The translations under genes were made by a program, and so were the position numbers. Below the pieces are notes generated by a model. That model saw nothing but the letters and a program-made list of their open reading frames with translations. It searched no databases and was not told the DNA's origin. From Tubulanus polymorphus (taxonomy: Eukaryota > Animalia > Nemertea), in the NCBI RefSeq assembly GCF_964204645.1, contig NC_134030.1, positions 12,793,947 through 12,857,946 of the forward strand: a stretch of 64,000 bases of DNA. The letters are read 5' to 3'. Below are positions 53,770-64,000 of the stretch, in pieces (position 1 is the stretch's first letter; the number at the start of each line of letters is the position of its first letter).

Positions 53770-54090
53770 AATTAATATGTGTCTTATATAGCGCTAAATC
53801 CAGCCAGGCTGCTCAGAGCGCTTTACATTTTTCGGTATTATTACCCCGGCCAATTTTATACTCTTACATGTATCATCTTTCATGTCATCTCTCCCTGGGG
53901 AGAAGTAACACCGAGCTGCTAACAAACGCTCAGGAGTCATCTATCAGGCCAGATACCCATTTACTCCTGGGTGGAGAGAGGCAATGAGGATGAGTGTCTT
54001 GCCCGAGGACACTACGGCAATGTACGGGGTTCGAACCCACGACCTGGCTTCCCAGAGCCGAACGTTCTAACCGCTCGGCCAGACCGCTCC
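53770..54090 (-). mobile_element. tRNA-derived CORE-type SINE with L2-like 3' tail
   Basis: A box TGGCCGAGCGG, B box GGTTCGAACCC, CORE-like GTGTCCTCGGGCAAGACACT..GTAAATGGGTA, and 3' AAAGCGCTCTGAG..AGCGCTATATAAG. Confidence 0.85.
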
Positions 54091-55826
54091 TTAATCTGGA
54101 AGCGCACTTAATCTGGAAGCGCGAGGTGTGCACATTCATTACAATTTGCGTAGGGTTAATCATTCAGAAAAATAGAATTCATATTCAGCATGAATGAAAA
54201 TCGCGCCGGTACGTTAAAACAAATTGACCTAAAGTCTATGGCTCTACCAACTACTGTTTGCGCATTTACCACTAACTACCCTACCACGGTGTAATCTACC
54301 TATGCATCAAGGCCAATGGGTCTTTTGTTCATATAACCTATTTTATTTTTTAGGTGGACCTGTGGAAAGATAAATCGAATTGCGGCATCATTGTCAGTTT
54401 ATCGAACCCATGTGCAATTCCATTCAAGTAGGGAACTAGCTTTTGTAAGCTTTAAAGCGTCTTCACATTTGAATAAAGAAAATAATTATTTGGTGCATTT
54501 GTCTCAGATTTTATGCTGTTCGTATTGGACATATCTGAGATTAAGGTGGACCCAACTCAGCTATAAAGATACTGATTATTTTGTAAGATATCTTGTGTTG
54601 TCAGGCAACTGACATTTGATCTGTGTCAAGACATAATGGTAATGTAGATGCATAGCAGATTCTTGACACCATTGACTGTTCATATATCCCATGACAATGT
54701 TAACAAAACTTTATTGCATAGAGGTACTGGAATTGACAATCGCAAGGAGTTGGACGTCGAGTGCCGGAGGGGTGGGGCACAGACAGTAGAATAATTGCTG
54801 CATTGATATTCAGTTCAGAGAATATAACCTGGATGCCACCAGGGGCCATGGACAGAATGAATGAATGAATGAATGAATGAAAACTGCATACCGGTATATA
54901 CTGAAAAGGGGAAGTTTAGTAATGCAGGTGTCAATGAATGACCTGTCTGACCAGTAAGCCCTGTGAATCCGTCGCGAGGATACGTGAATCCTTCTTGTAT
55001 GCCTGTCATATTGAAAATAGAAATAATCGAATGCCTCACCCAGGGTCATTCAGTGACACCTGCAGGAGTCTGACAATAATATCATTGTATCCTTGTTACC
55101 AAAGTGTGATGTACAATTCAAAGCAAATAAATTCTGAAGAAATGTGTTTGTTTTATTTTTATCTATCCATATGCCACCAGGGGCTGTGAATAACATGGTT
55201 ATATACATATGCTTCATAATGATAGAGAGTTTCAAGGTCAATGGTTCTGTATATGTTCACCAGGGGGTGTTGAATATTGTATTTGCAGGCAGTCGCCAAG
55301 TGAGCATTGTACAATACTCCTGACAGTTTGCCATGGATTACTATCTTTGCAAAAACCTGAATTTATATGTTTTTAGCTCTCAAGCAGTGAGAGAGCTATT
55401 ACAAGCTTGTCGGCATTGTGTCGTGTGTGTTTACCGCAAAGCAAAGCGCACGAATTTTACTGTAATTGAATTAACGAAAGATCCGGGGGTTAAATACGCT
55501 GCAAAAATTGATCCGGCAATTTTGTATTCGAGATTATTTCACATTATATTGAGTTGATAGTGATAGAAGTTGATCACAATAATATTAAAAAGATTTTTGA
55601 ATAATGTTTTATTAATAAGTCGTACGGATAAATTTATTTTCCAAGGTGAATTGATATGCGGATGACTACATCAGTTGGTGTGAACGGGCACCTTTCACCC
55701 AAGGTAGTACCTTAGCGGTCTTAAATTCCTTGTTTTGTGCTAGGAAAGTCAGTGGAAGTCTTTAAATTTGAAAGGTATGCAGACAATGTCCTTGGGAGCC
55801 TTTAATTTTTCAGAGCCAACTGAAGG

Positions 55827-57244
55827 CAGGGTCTGAAACACGACCCCGGCCGCGGCCGCGGCCACACGTCTGAAACACGGTCCCGGCCGCGGCCGCACAC
55901 GTCTTAAACACGGCCGCGGCCGCTCTTTTTTTCGTTTAAATGGTCAAATGAAAGAAAAAAGAGATTTTCTACTATCTATCTCTCTCTATATAGACTATTT
56001 CACTTTTGAACGGTTAAGCTTCAATCGACTCAACCAAACCAGATGCCTATCTATCTACCCTTTTGCTTTGCGAGGAGCTATAATCAAATTTTGATAAAAT
56101 AATACATTTAGTTAGTATGAGTTTTTTTTATGTAGTGGCTATAAAATCAGTGGGAAGGCAGGAATCTGGGCCCCAGGACCACCCCCTAAATCTGCCACTG
56201 GAAAAAAGGCTTCATGGAGAATCAGATGACACTATAGACAAGAGGCTATATATTGACATAACATGCTAAACCTAAGATCCATAAACTTGAGATCCCCAAA
56301 TAGGGCCTATAGTTATTTTATCATACTTGAATGAATCCTTAATATTACGTTTGCCAGACTGGCGGAGATGTTTTACAGTCTTTTGGGTTTGTTTGCGTGA
56401 AAGTAAGATTTAAGCAAAATCACCCTAAAAGGTTTGAATGCGTTTCTATGAAATGTTTCATAGTTTACAAATTAGCAAGTCGCCTTAAAATCAAGATTGT
56501 CGATTTTCTCTAAAGTTAGTTTTATCTATCTCCAGGTGACCACTCTTGATTCGCCAAGACAACAGTCTCTTTTAATCGATTTTATTCAACTAAGAAACCC
56601 CTGAGATAACGCTCCGCGTTATAGCATTACAAGTTCCACACGTAATTTACAGGCTCCTTTCATTAATTTTTCAAATTTTTTATGCATACATGCAGTATTT
56701 ATGTTAATCTGACCATGGTAGTTGACAGACCGCACGAAGAAGCGGCTCAATATTTCAGGGGCCTTAGGCTTTTTTTTTGGTTCTCAGGTTAAGTAAAGAC
56801 CTGCATTGAGAGTGCATTACTTTGTGCCAACAAATCAACTTTTCTACCTTAAATGTATCACCCACACAATACCCGAAAAGCTCGTATGGATAATTTACTT
56901 TGGGGAAACTGAGTTATTTACCTCCTTCGACTGGTGATTCTAATTTGGGTGAGAGTATGTTGTTGAATATTATGTATTGATCACTAGTTGATCATTGTGG
57001 GATAAAATGAACACTATTGTTTGTTTGTCCATTTTCTTAAAATCATAGCAGATAGGCATCTGGTTTGGGGCAAAATGACAGAGTCGATTGAAGCTTAAAC
57101 CGTTCAAAGTCTATATTTGGACTTTTGATAGATAGTAGAAAATCTCTTTTTTCTTTCATTTGACCATTTAAATGAAAACAAAGAGCGGCCGCGGCCGTGT
57201 TTAAGACGTGTGCGGCCGCGGCCGGGACCGTGTTTCAGACCCTA
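55827..57244. mobile_element. hAT-like non-autonomous element with ~200-bp imperfect TIRs and GGCCGC subterminal repeats
   Basis: CAGGGTCTGAAACACG...CGTGTTTCAGACCCTA with inverted arms; no TSD seen. Confidence 0.65.
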
Positions 57245-58795
57245 CCATCGGAAGGAATTTTTCAGTGGCTAGGCTTACGTCTTAAGGGTGGTCTGGGGCC
57301 CTCCCTTAGAAAAATTTTGAAAATTCAATCACCGGAGATGCGTTTTGGGACCATTTCACGGTCTCATTCACAGAAGCACGAGAAGTCGTGAGCCAACCAC
57401 CTAGTACAGAGAACGACGAGCTGCTACGCGGTACAGCGTGCTTTAAAAAAAATTTTTGTTAAGCAAAAAAGTGGCCAAGGCCGCCCCTGCCGCCCCTGTT
57501 CCGACGGCCCTGTTTTTACAGTTAGACCAAAATAATTGCCAAGTTGTATGGCAGTGTGGTGTGCGTTTATTCATTTACTGCAGACGTATTGCGTGGCAAC
57601 AGTCGGCGTCTTAGCCATACTATGCGAAGCACGCAAGCGTTGTCAGAACTCAGTCAGTGTCTCACACTGCACACACTACAGTAACAGCATAGGCTCGTAT
57701 TGCCGTGAATACGCTTGTTTTTCATACAGTGAAATAGGTTTTTTTTGAATGAAATAAACTTTATCATAGATTTTCATCTAAGTTATTATCAGTCCAATTG
57801 CTTTTAAAAAGTCCTTGAAAGTTATATACATTGGTCTGTCCATCTTTTTGTAATATAACAGGCCATAACAAATTGATCTGACGTATTCGCCTGTTGTGAT
57901 ATTTTTGCTATTTTATACGATTCGGGACAAAACATTTGGTAGTAGCCCAATTTGATCTTGTCTAGCTGTTTGCCTGTGTATATAGTTTGCACTGCGATAC
58001 GTGAATGGCTACTACCTTGTAAAATGAGAGCATCAATGGGCTAGGAAGGCCTCAGTTCTCTGGCTTGAATTCACGCCCAGCACGACTGTAGAATTGATGT
58101 ATCTTGTGTGTACCTGTAACTCTGCCACTCATAAAGGATCGAAAAATTAATTGTTGAATTCTATAAAAAGTGTTATGGTCGATAAACCAAATTAAATCAA
58201 ATGCTTTTTTTTCCGTGCCTGGATTACTCGGCAGATGCCTATCCCCATTCCAAGTGCCCCCATCCGCCATAGCTGTCCCCCATCATATCAAGAGCCTATT
58301 GCGACTCGTGCCAGATCTGTCATACTAGTCATACACGAGTGTCGTCAGTAACAAAGGTCAATAGGGGCGATCCTCGCATTTAGTTAAATGGGTTTGATAC
58401 AGCAGAAAAACTTGAGAAGAGTGTTCGGGCACCAATGACCCGAGCCAGATCATCTTTTTGTCGACCGAATATTGCGGTGGCCTGGTAAACTCCGACGTCT
58501 AATCTTTAATAAAGTGGACATAAAGTGAAGAGCGTTGACAATAACAACACAAGAGCTAGGAAGAGTGAGTGATATAGAAGTCTGAGACATAGTGTCAAAT
58601 GATACACGATGAATGATGTCGTTTATTTACGACAGCGCGCCAAATTGAAAATGTTGGTGTTTTCAGATACGAGATTGGTGATGTTGCGCAGGAGTGGCAA
58701 CAACTACTTGTTGGGCTTTGAAATCTTTGCCGCTTCACAACAATTTGGCGCGGGATGGTCTCAGCTTGAATGGCGAGCCATCATATTCCATGGTT

Positions 58796-58863
58796 TTTAT
58801 AAAAAACATTTTTAACCCTCAACCCAGTGACCCGCGGCTTAAACCACTCGGCCACTGCGCCTC
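58796..58863 (-). mobile_element. 68-bp retroposed tRNA/SINE 5' fragment
   Basis: GCGCAGTGGCCGAGTGGTTTAAG (A box) plus an A-rich tail, flanked by a 15-bp TSD TCATATTCCATGGTT. Confidence 0.65.
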
Positions 58864-59411
58864 TCATATTCCATGGTTGGCTGCATACACTCTACACGCG
58901 GCGCAAACATACAATTCTGTAGGAGTATCGCAGTATTGGAAGGCAGTGCCATGCTCCCTCCAATGGTATTGGAGGGTCACATTGTAAACTGCAGGTTGAG
59001 GCGGAGCCTTCCTCTTCATGTCGCACTTGCAACACATGTTGACCGAAACCGATGCTCACCAGGTCATTTGTACTGATGATCAGGGAGGCCATTGGCTAGG
59101 TCGAAGAGCCATTGTTGCTGTTGCATTGTCTTTGGTGCTGGCCTCACCACTGGTGATCCGGAGGAGTACCCCTCACAACGAAATCAAAGTTTTCCGGTAT
59201 ATCCAGCCCGGCAGCCAGCGGCGACCTTGATCGTATCTTACGAGCGAGCTCGTTCTGTTGTTCGATATTCCTGCGGATCTCCATCCTGATATTCGCTTGT
59301 TGCGCGAGAAAACTTTCATCCAGGTTCTACTCTCCTGGAGGCGGTCCTTTTTCTCGACATTGGCATTGACTGATCTGCCTCTGGGTGGGTGCGTCGATTT
59401 TTCTCCTCGGT

Positions 59412-59496
59412 AGTAATAGGGAATATGTTGTTTCAGGCCAAAGGTCGAAAGGTCGACCTTCAACCTTTAACCTGAAACAACATATTCCCTATTACT
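59412..59496. repeat. 85-bp near-perfect palindrome (hairpin/cruciform)
   Basis: Perfect 26-bp arms at 59412-59437 and 59471-59496, an imperfect inner stem, and centre GGTCGACC. Confidence 0.95.
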
Positions 59497-59798
59497 CTTA
59501 AAATACTCATCTAATAACTTCTAAAATCAATTTTGATAGAAAATATGTTATTAAAATGGAGAGTAAACAAATACACACTGAATTCTTAGATAGAATTAAA
59601 GATAATACATATGTAAAATCTGTAGATTATAAATTTAAGAAGTTAGCAGAATTAACAATTCATAAGAAATATCTAATTACAAATATTGATACAGTTACTA
59701 ACCAATAAGGCTAAAAAAATATTTTGAAGCATAAGGTTTCCGCGAACTCTAACTCTTTTTCAAATTTAAATTTATTTTAATAAAAATTTAATATATAA

Positions 59799-62098
59799 AT
59801 GTGCTCAAGATTAATTAAAGTTACCGCGAAAGACATGAGTAATAAATATATAAATTCAATATTATATTATTTAACTGCTAATAATAATTTAGCTGATATT
59901 TCAGGGGTAAACATAAATATTATACATAAGTATTATAAATCGGATAATAATGAATTAATTGAAATGTCAGATATATTTTGCGATAATACATGTATAATGC
60001 TATATAAAATCATGTTAGAAAAGGAAATTATTAAAGGAAATAGGACAACTTTTCTTAACGTTAATCAGAGAAAGATAACACATTATGAAATTAAGGAATG
60101 TTTTAATCAAGGAAATATCATATTGGATAACTTAGCTTTAAAAATTACACGTGTTTTAACAATTCATGATGATAATTCAAAGTCATATATCTTAAGTAGA
60201 ATTAATCAAGAATTAAAATTAACAGATTATATAGCAGTATTTAAAATTTCATTATGCAATCAAAATTTAAATGAATTAATTCAGAAAATGGATACTATTG
60301 AAAAATTATTGAATGGAAAAATTACAATATATTAGATGTAGATGTTACACAAGATTTTAAAGGATCCTTTAATTCAGATGAAATAAAATCAATGTTCGAA
60401 AATAGAAAATATAAAGTTCTAAAAGAATTCTCCAATAGTTGTGTTTCAGCATTACATAAGGATGATAAAATAAAGATTTATAATAAAACAGCATGTCAAT
60501 TCAAATCTCCTGGTGTAAATATAAATTTCGGTTCAAATTTAATGAGTTACATAAATTGCTATCAAGAAAGGTAGAAAGAATCATTTGAAAAATCAATTGA
60601 AACAGGATTAATTAGAATTGAAATAAGAAGTATTTCATTTGAAAAAGGATTAAAAATGATGGAGAAAAATTAAACAATACTTAAAAAAAGAAAATATTTA
60701 CTATTCACCTGCATATTTACAACTTAAATGATTATTTGATGAGGTTCAACAGACTGTATGCATTTATGATTTGACTGAAAAATGCTTTTATTTCTGTTAT
60801 TACGGCGATTTATTAGCAAGAAAATTTATAGGATATAAATCTAGGATTAGTAAAAATATTGAAGAGTCCTCCTTTTTACTCATTTTATCAATGTTTACAA
60901 TCAAGAATATCCCATGTTTATACCTCACAATTAATCAAAATGATGATAAATCAGAATTCATTATTGAAGCAAAAAAATATATTAAAACTGAAGGAGCCTG
61001 TTATATCTTCAACTAATTCAATGTTTACAGTATTAAATAAATTAATATTTAGATTTAAATTACATGAAACAGGAATTAGATTTACAACTTTAAAAAAGAG
61101 GTACAATATCAAATCTAAACAATATCTAAATCCTTTTTATAAATTAGATGCACTTGATATTGAAGAAGATTTTGATATAAAATTATTATCTAAAAGTGAA
61201 TTTAAAAGATTAGAAGAAATGAAAGAAATTAAACAATTTCAAGAAGATATCGATGAAAATAGAAATAAAATTTGTTATGAATTCAAGCAACAATTAGGTC
61301 TCGATAATGAATTATTTGAGACAGAATTTAAAAAACTTGAAATAATTCCTGAAGTAAAATTAAATGATAATTCTCCTAAAATATCTGGAATTGAAAATAA
61401 TACAATTTTCGAAATTAGAGGCTTTTCAACTTAATGTAAATGTTTAACAGATCTTTATTTCAATTATATTTTAACAGATCAAGGCTTATTTGAAACTACT
61501 ACTGATTTAAGAATTACTGATTAAAACATTACAATTAGATGTATTAAATGGTATTTATTTTGAATTGTCTTCGATAGAAAACACAATAAGAAAGTTACAA
61601 ATAGGTGTTCATAGCCCTGATAAACACTTTATTTTATCAAAATTAGAAAAAACTATTTTCCAAGTTAAGAAAATAACACACAATCATTTTGAAATAATTG
61701 ATAAAATGGATTTTGAATTGATGAAAAAGTATACTGAATATTTAAAGATTAATTCAAATGATTTCATTAATGTATGTGATATACGTAAAGAATCTGATTA
61801 TTCAAGAAAAATGAAACTTAACAATATGAAAATTAAGCAATGCGAATGCTTAGAACTGTTGAAAGATAATTCTGAATATAATATTGATTTCATTAATCCT
61901 AGATATTTTAGAAATAAATTACACCATCTAATTTTAATTCATAATGATGAAAATATTTACATATCAAATGAATTTTTCGATAAAGAAATGATAAAGAATA
62001 ATACTACAGAATATCAGGTGATAAAATTGATAACACACAAGCAAAAATATAATTCTCGGCGGCATAGAGAATTAGTAGTGAGTTTAATTGTTATTTGA
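59799..62098 (+). pseudogene. Decayed intronless AT-rich gene with a Rep_trans-like rolling-circle initiator core (candidate endogenous viral or plasmid-like element)
   Basis: Joining frames across a 2-nt slip at ~60330 and a TAG at 60572 gives KITILDVDVTQDFKGSF...KIKIYNK...GLIRIEIR; further co-oriented ORF fragments run to 62098. Confidence 0.55.
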
Positions 62099-62231
62099 TT
62101 TGAAACATATAAAAGTTTAATATTTTAAAAATGATTATAAAATATTAAATATTTATCAATTTTTTAGTTTTTTTCTTAAATTATAAATGGATGGTTTTAT
62201 TTTCAACTGGGAAAAGTGATTTGAAACATTA

Positions 62232-64000
62232 TTGGTACACGAATTTGGTACATTTAGTCTTCCGACATTAAGTCTTTGTACATTTAGTTTCCATCCAATT
62301 AGTCTTCTGACAATTAGTCTTCCAAATTGGGACATTTAGTCTTCCTTCGTAGGTACGGTAGGTACAGTAGGGAGGTACAGTTAGTGGAAGCCTGAAACCT
62401 GGGGTTTATTATCTTAAAATACTGATAATATGGCTGAATTCTCTTCACATTTTCTTGTTACCAAAAATATATCTGAGGACAACAATAGATTAGTTGCTCT
62501 TTAGGAACTGCATAATTTGATAAGCTAGCGGGAACAAATGATTTCAGTTCACAATCATGTAGGGTTATTGTTAAATGATGCTAGATTAAAGGGAACTGTT
62601 TAATCAATTGATTAGTTATTCTTTAATCTAAGGAAACAATACATATAGCCTAAACAGGCCAATGAGTACTAATGATTTCAGTTCACATGTAGGGTTATTG
62701 TTAAAAGAGGCTAGATTAAAGGGAACTAATTAATTAGTTATTCTTTAATCTAATGAAACAATACATATAGCCTAAGCAGGCTAATGAGTACCAATGATTT
62801 CAGTTCACGTGTAGGGTTATTGTTAAAAGAGGCTAGATTAAAGGGAACTAATTAATTAATTAATTATTAAGAAGATTTTAATTCTGGAACCCCAAAAAAT
62901 AAACTTAGGAAAACTCAATTTCATTTCTTACTTTTTCCCTTTTGCTCTTTAAAAATTTACTTTACATGTTATTGCTTCGCGGATGATAGCACAATATGCA
63001 AGCGCAAAGACTGTTCATGCATTATAATCAATTGATCGACTAATTAACTATTGGATAGGCTTAAATCAATAATTGTGATAAGATGTTCACGCAACTAATT
63101 GATAACTAATGAAGTGACGATATAGTCATAACTCAGACAATTTTTTTGCTTTTGATCATCATTCAATCAGTAATTTATCAGCAATTAGGCCCTACTGAAT
63201 CATATATAAGGGGCTATTTTCAAATGTCATTTAGTCCAATATTTAACCCCATGCTTAAAGCACAGCTCTCAGAAGATGGAAATAATTGAAAGTACCCGAG
63301 GTGGCCAGGAGTTGTGTTACAGTGGTTACATGTATACAAAGCAATACACCAAAAAAGAAAGTATTCGCTGGGTGTGTGAAAAAGAAATGATTAATGACGA
63401 GTAAAGAAATCACTGGACCTAGAGAAACCGCAGAACATAGTCATTGTAGAGATATGACTGAAATTGAAGTAACTAAAGCAAGATTTCAAACGAAGAAACG
63501 AGCTGAAAATACGAGAGAAATTCCAATTCAAATACATTCAGAAATAATTTCAAGACTTAACAACCCAGATGTACAAAGCCGATTACCTCACGCTGATACA
63601 TGCAAGAAAGTAATGCAAAGAGTTCGACGCAAGAAATATCAAAAAGATCCTGCAACCCATGATGAGCTGTTCATTACAGATACATGGTCTCTAACCCGAG
63701 AGGATGGAGAAGAGTTCCTGATGTACGATAACGCGAGCACAACATCAAGAATCATGATTTTGGCAACAGACATATGTTTGAAAAAACACTGTGAACCTGA
63801 TACGTGGTTCATGGACGGAAATTTCCAGATGGCACCAACTTTGTTCGAACAGTTGTATGTAATCCATGTCCCTCTGGCTAATTCTGCTATTTCAACCGTT
63901 TATGCATTCCTTCAAAGGAAAACTCAGGAAACTTATGAAGAATTTCTCACCGTATTATGTGAAAAGTGCGATGACAAGGGACTATTTCTCTCGCCGAAAA
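62232..64000 (+). mobile_element. Mutator-like (FLYWCH-MULE) transposon, left part
   Basis: Subterminal (A)TTAGTCTTCC repeats at 62250-62345 and ~130-bp tandem repeats at 62538-62855 upstream of a MULE transposase; left end approximate. Confidence 0.65.
63276..64000 (+). pseudogene. FLYWCH-MULE transposase, 5' part, disrupted, runs off the window
   Basis: MEIIESTRGGQELCYSGYMY..IRWVC (FLYWCH-like), a lesion near 63400, then GEEFLMYDN..RIMILAT..WFMDGNFQMAPTLFEQLYVIH..VYAFLQRKTQETYEEF. Confidence 0.88.

Noticed and set aside
54020-54090. Functional tRNA gene
   Set aside because: No proper acceptor-stem closure, and it continues into a CORE domain and LINE-like tail, so it is a SINE head.
54720-55075. 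Possible exons of another gene (e.g. minus-strand GIQEGFTYPRDGFTGLTG)
   Set aside because: Plausible splice sites, but no recognisable domain or consistent exon chain.
58255-58285. GTAM-like motif suggesting a Penelope reverse transcriptase
   Set aside because: No other RT motifs (no YxDD) in any frame nearby.
59799-62098. Helitron/CRESS HUH Rep, Polinton or organellar/bacterial contaminant as explanation of the AT-rich block
   Set aside because: No HUH or YxxK-plus-Walker-A arrangement, no pPolB, integrase or capsid motifs, and no organellar genes recognised; the block is decayed and bounded by host TEs. Not formally excluded without profile searches.

Overview
AT-rich eukaryotic DNA, most consistent with a marine invertebrate metazoan (spliceosomal GT-AG introns, TTAGGG-type repeats, a CORE-type SINE). 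The window is mostly nested transposable elements. These include a degraded Tx1/L1 LINE (1-4963), an RTEX-like LINE (minus strand, ~8915-19970) split by a 6.4-kb Academ-like element with ~1-kb TIRs that itself carries an L2 LINE and a Helentron-associated (HINE/DINE-1-like) element, and a BEL/Pao remnant. There is also a near-intact spliced Zator transposon (45594-52310) with related MITEs, IS3EU-, Merlin-, P- and hAT-like MITEs, at least eight HINE copies, and a FLYWCH-MULE transposase at the right edge. Host-like coding sequence consists of two exons of an IRAK4/Tube/Pelle-type death-domain gene (35323-35489, 37923-38083) and a degraded G2E3-like HECT gene (4964-6525). The most unusual feature is at 58000-62190. 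An 85-bp near-perfect palindrome separates a leftward GC-richer arm with small ORFs from a rightward, very AT-rich, intronless, decayed gene. Its reconstructed protein carries the motif order of Rep_trans (pT181 RepC/RepD, inovirus gpII-type) rolling-circle initiators (LDVDVTQDF...KIKIYNK...GLIRIEIR), making it a candidate endogenised rolling-circle or hairpin element not belonging to the standard eukaryotic TE classes. All family assignments are by eye from motifs, termini and TSDs; no database search was run.
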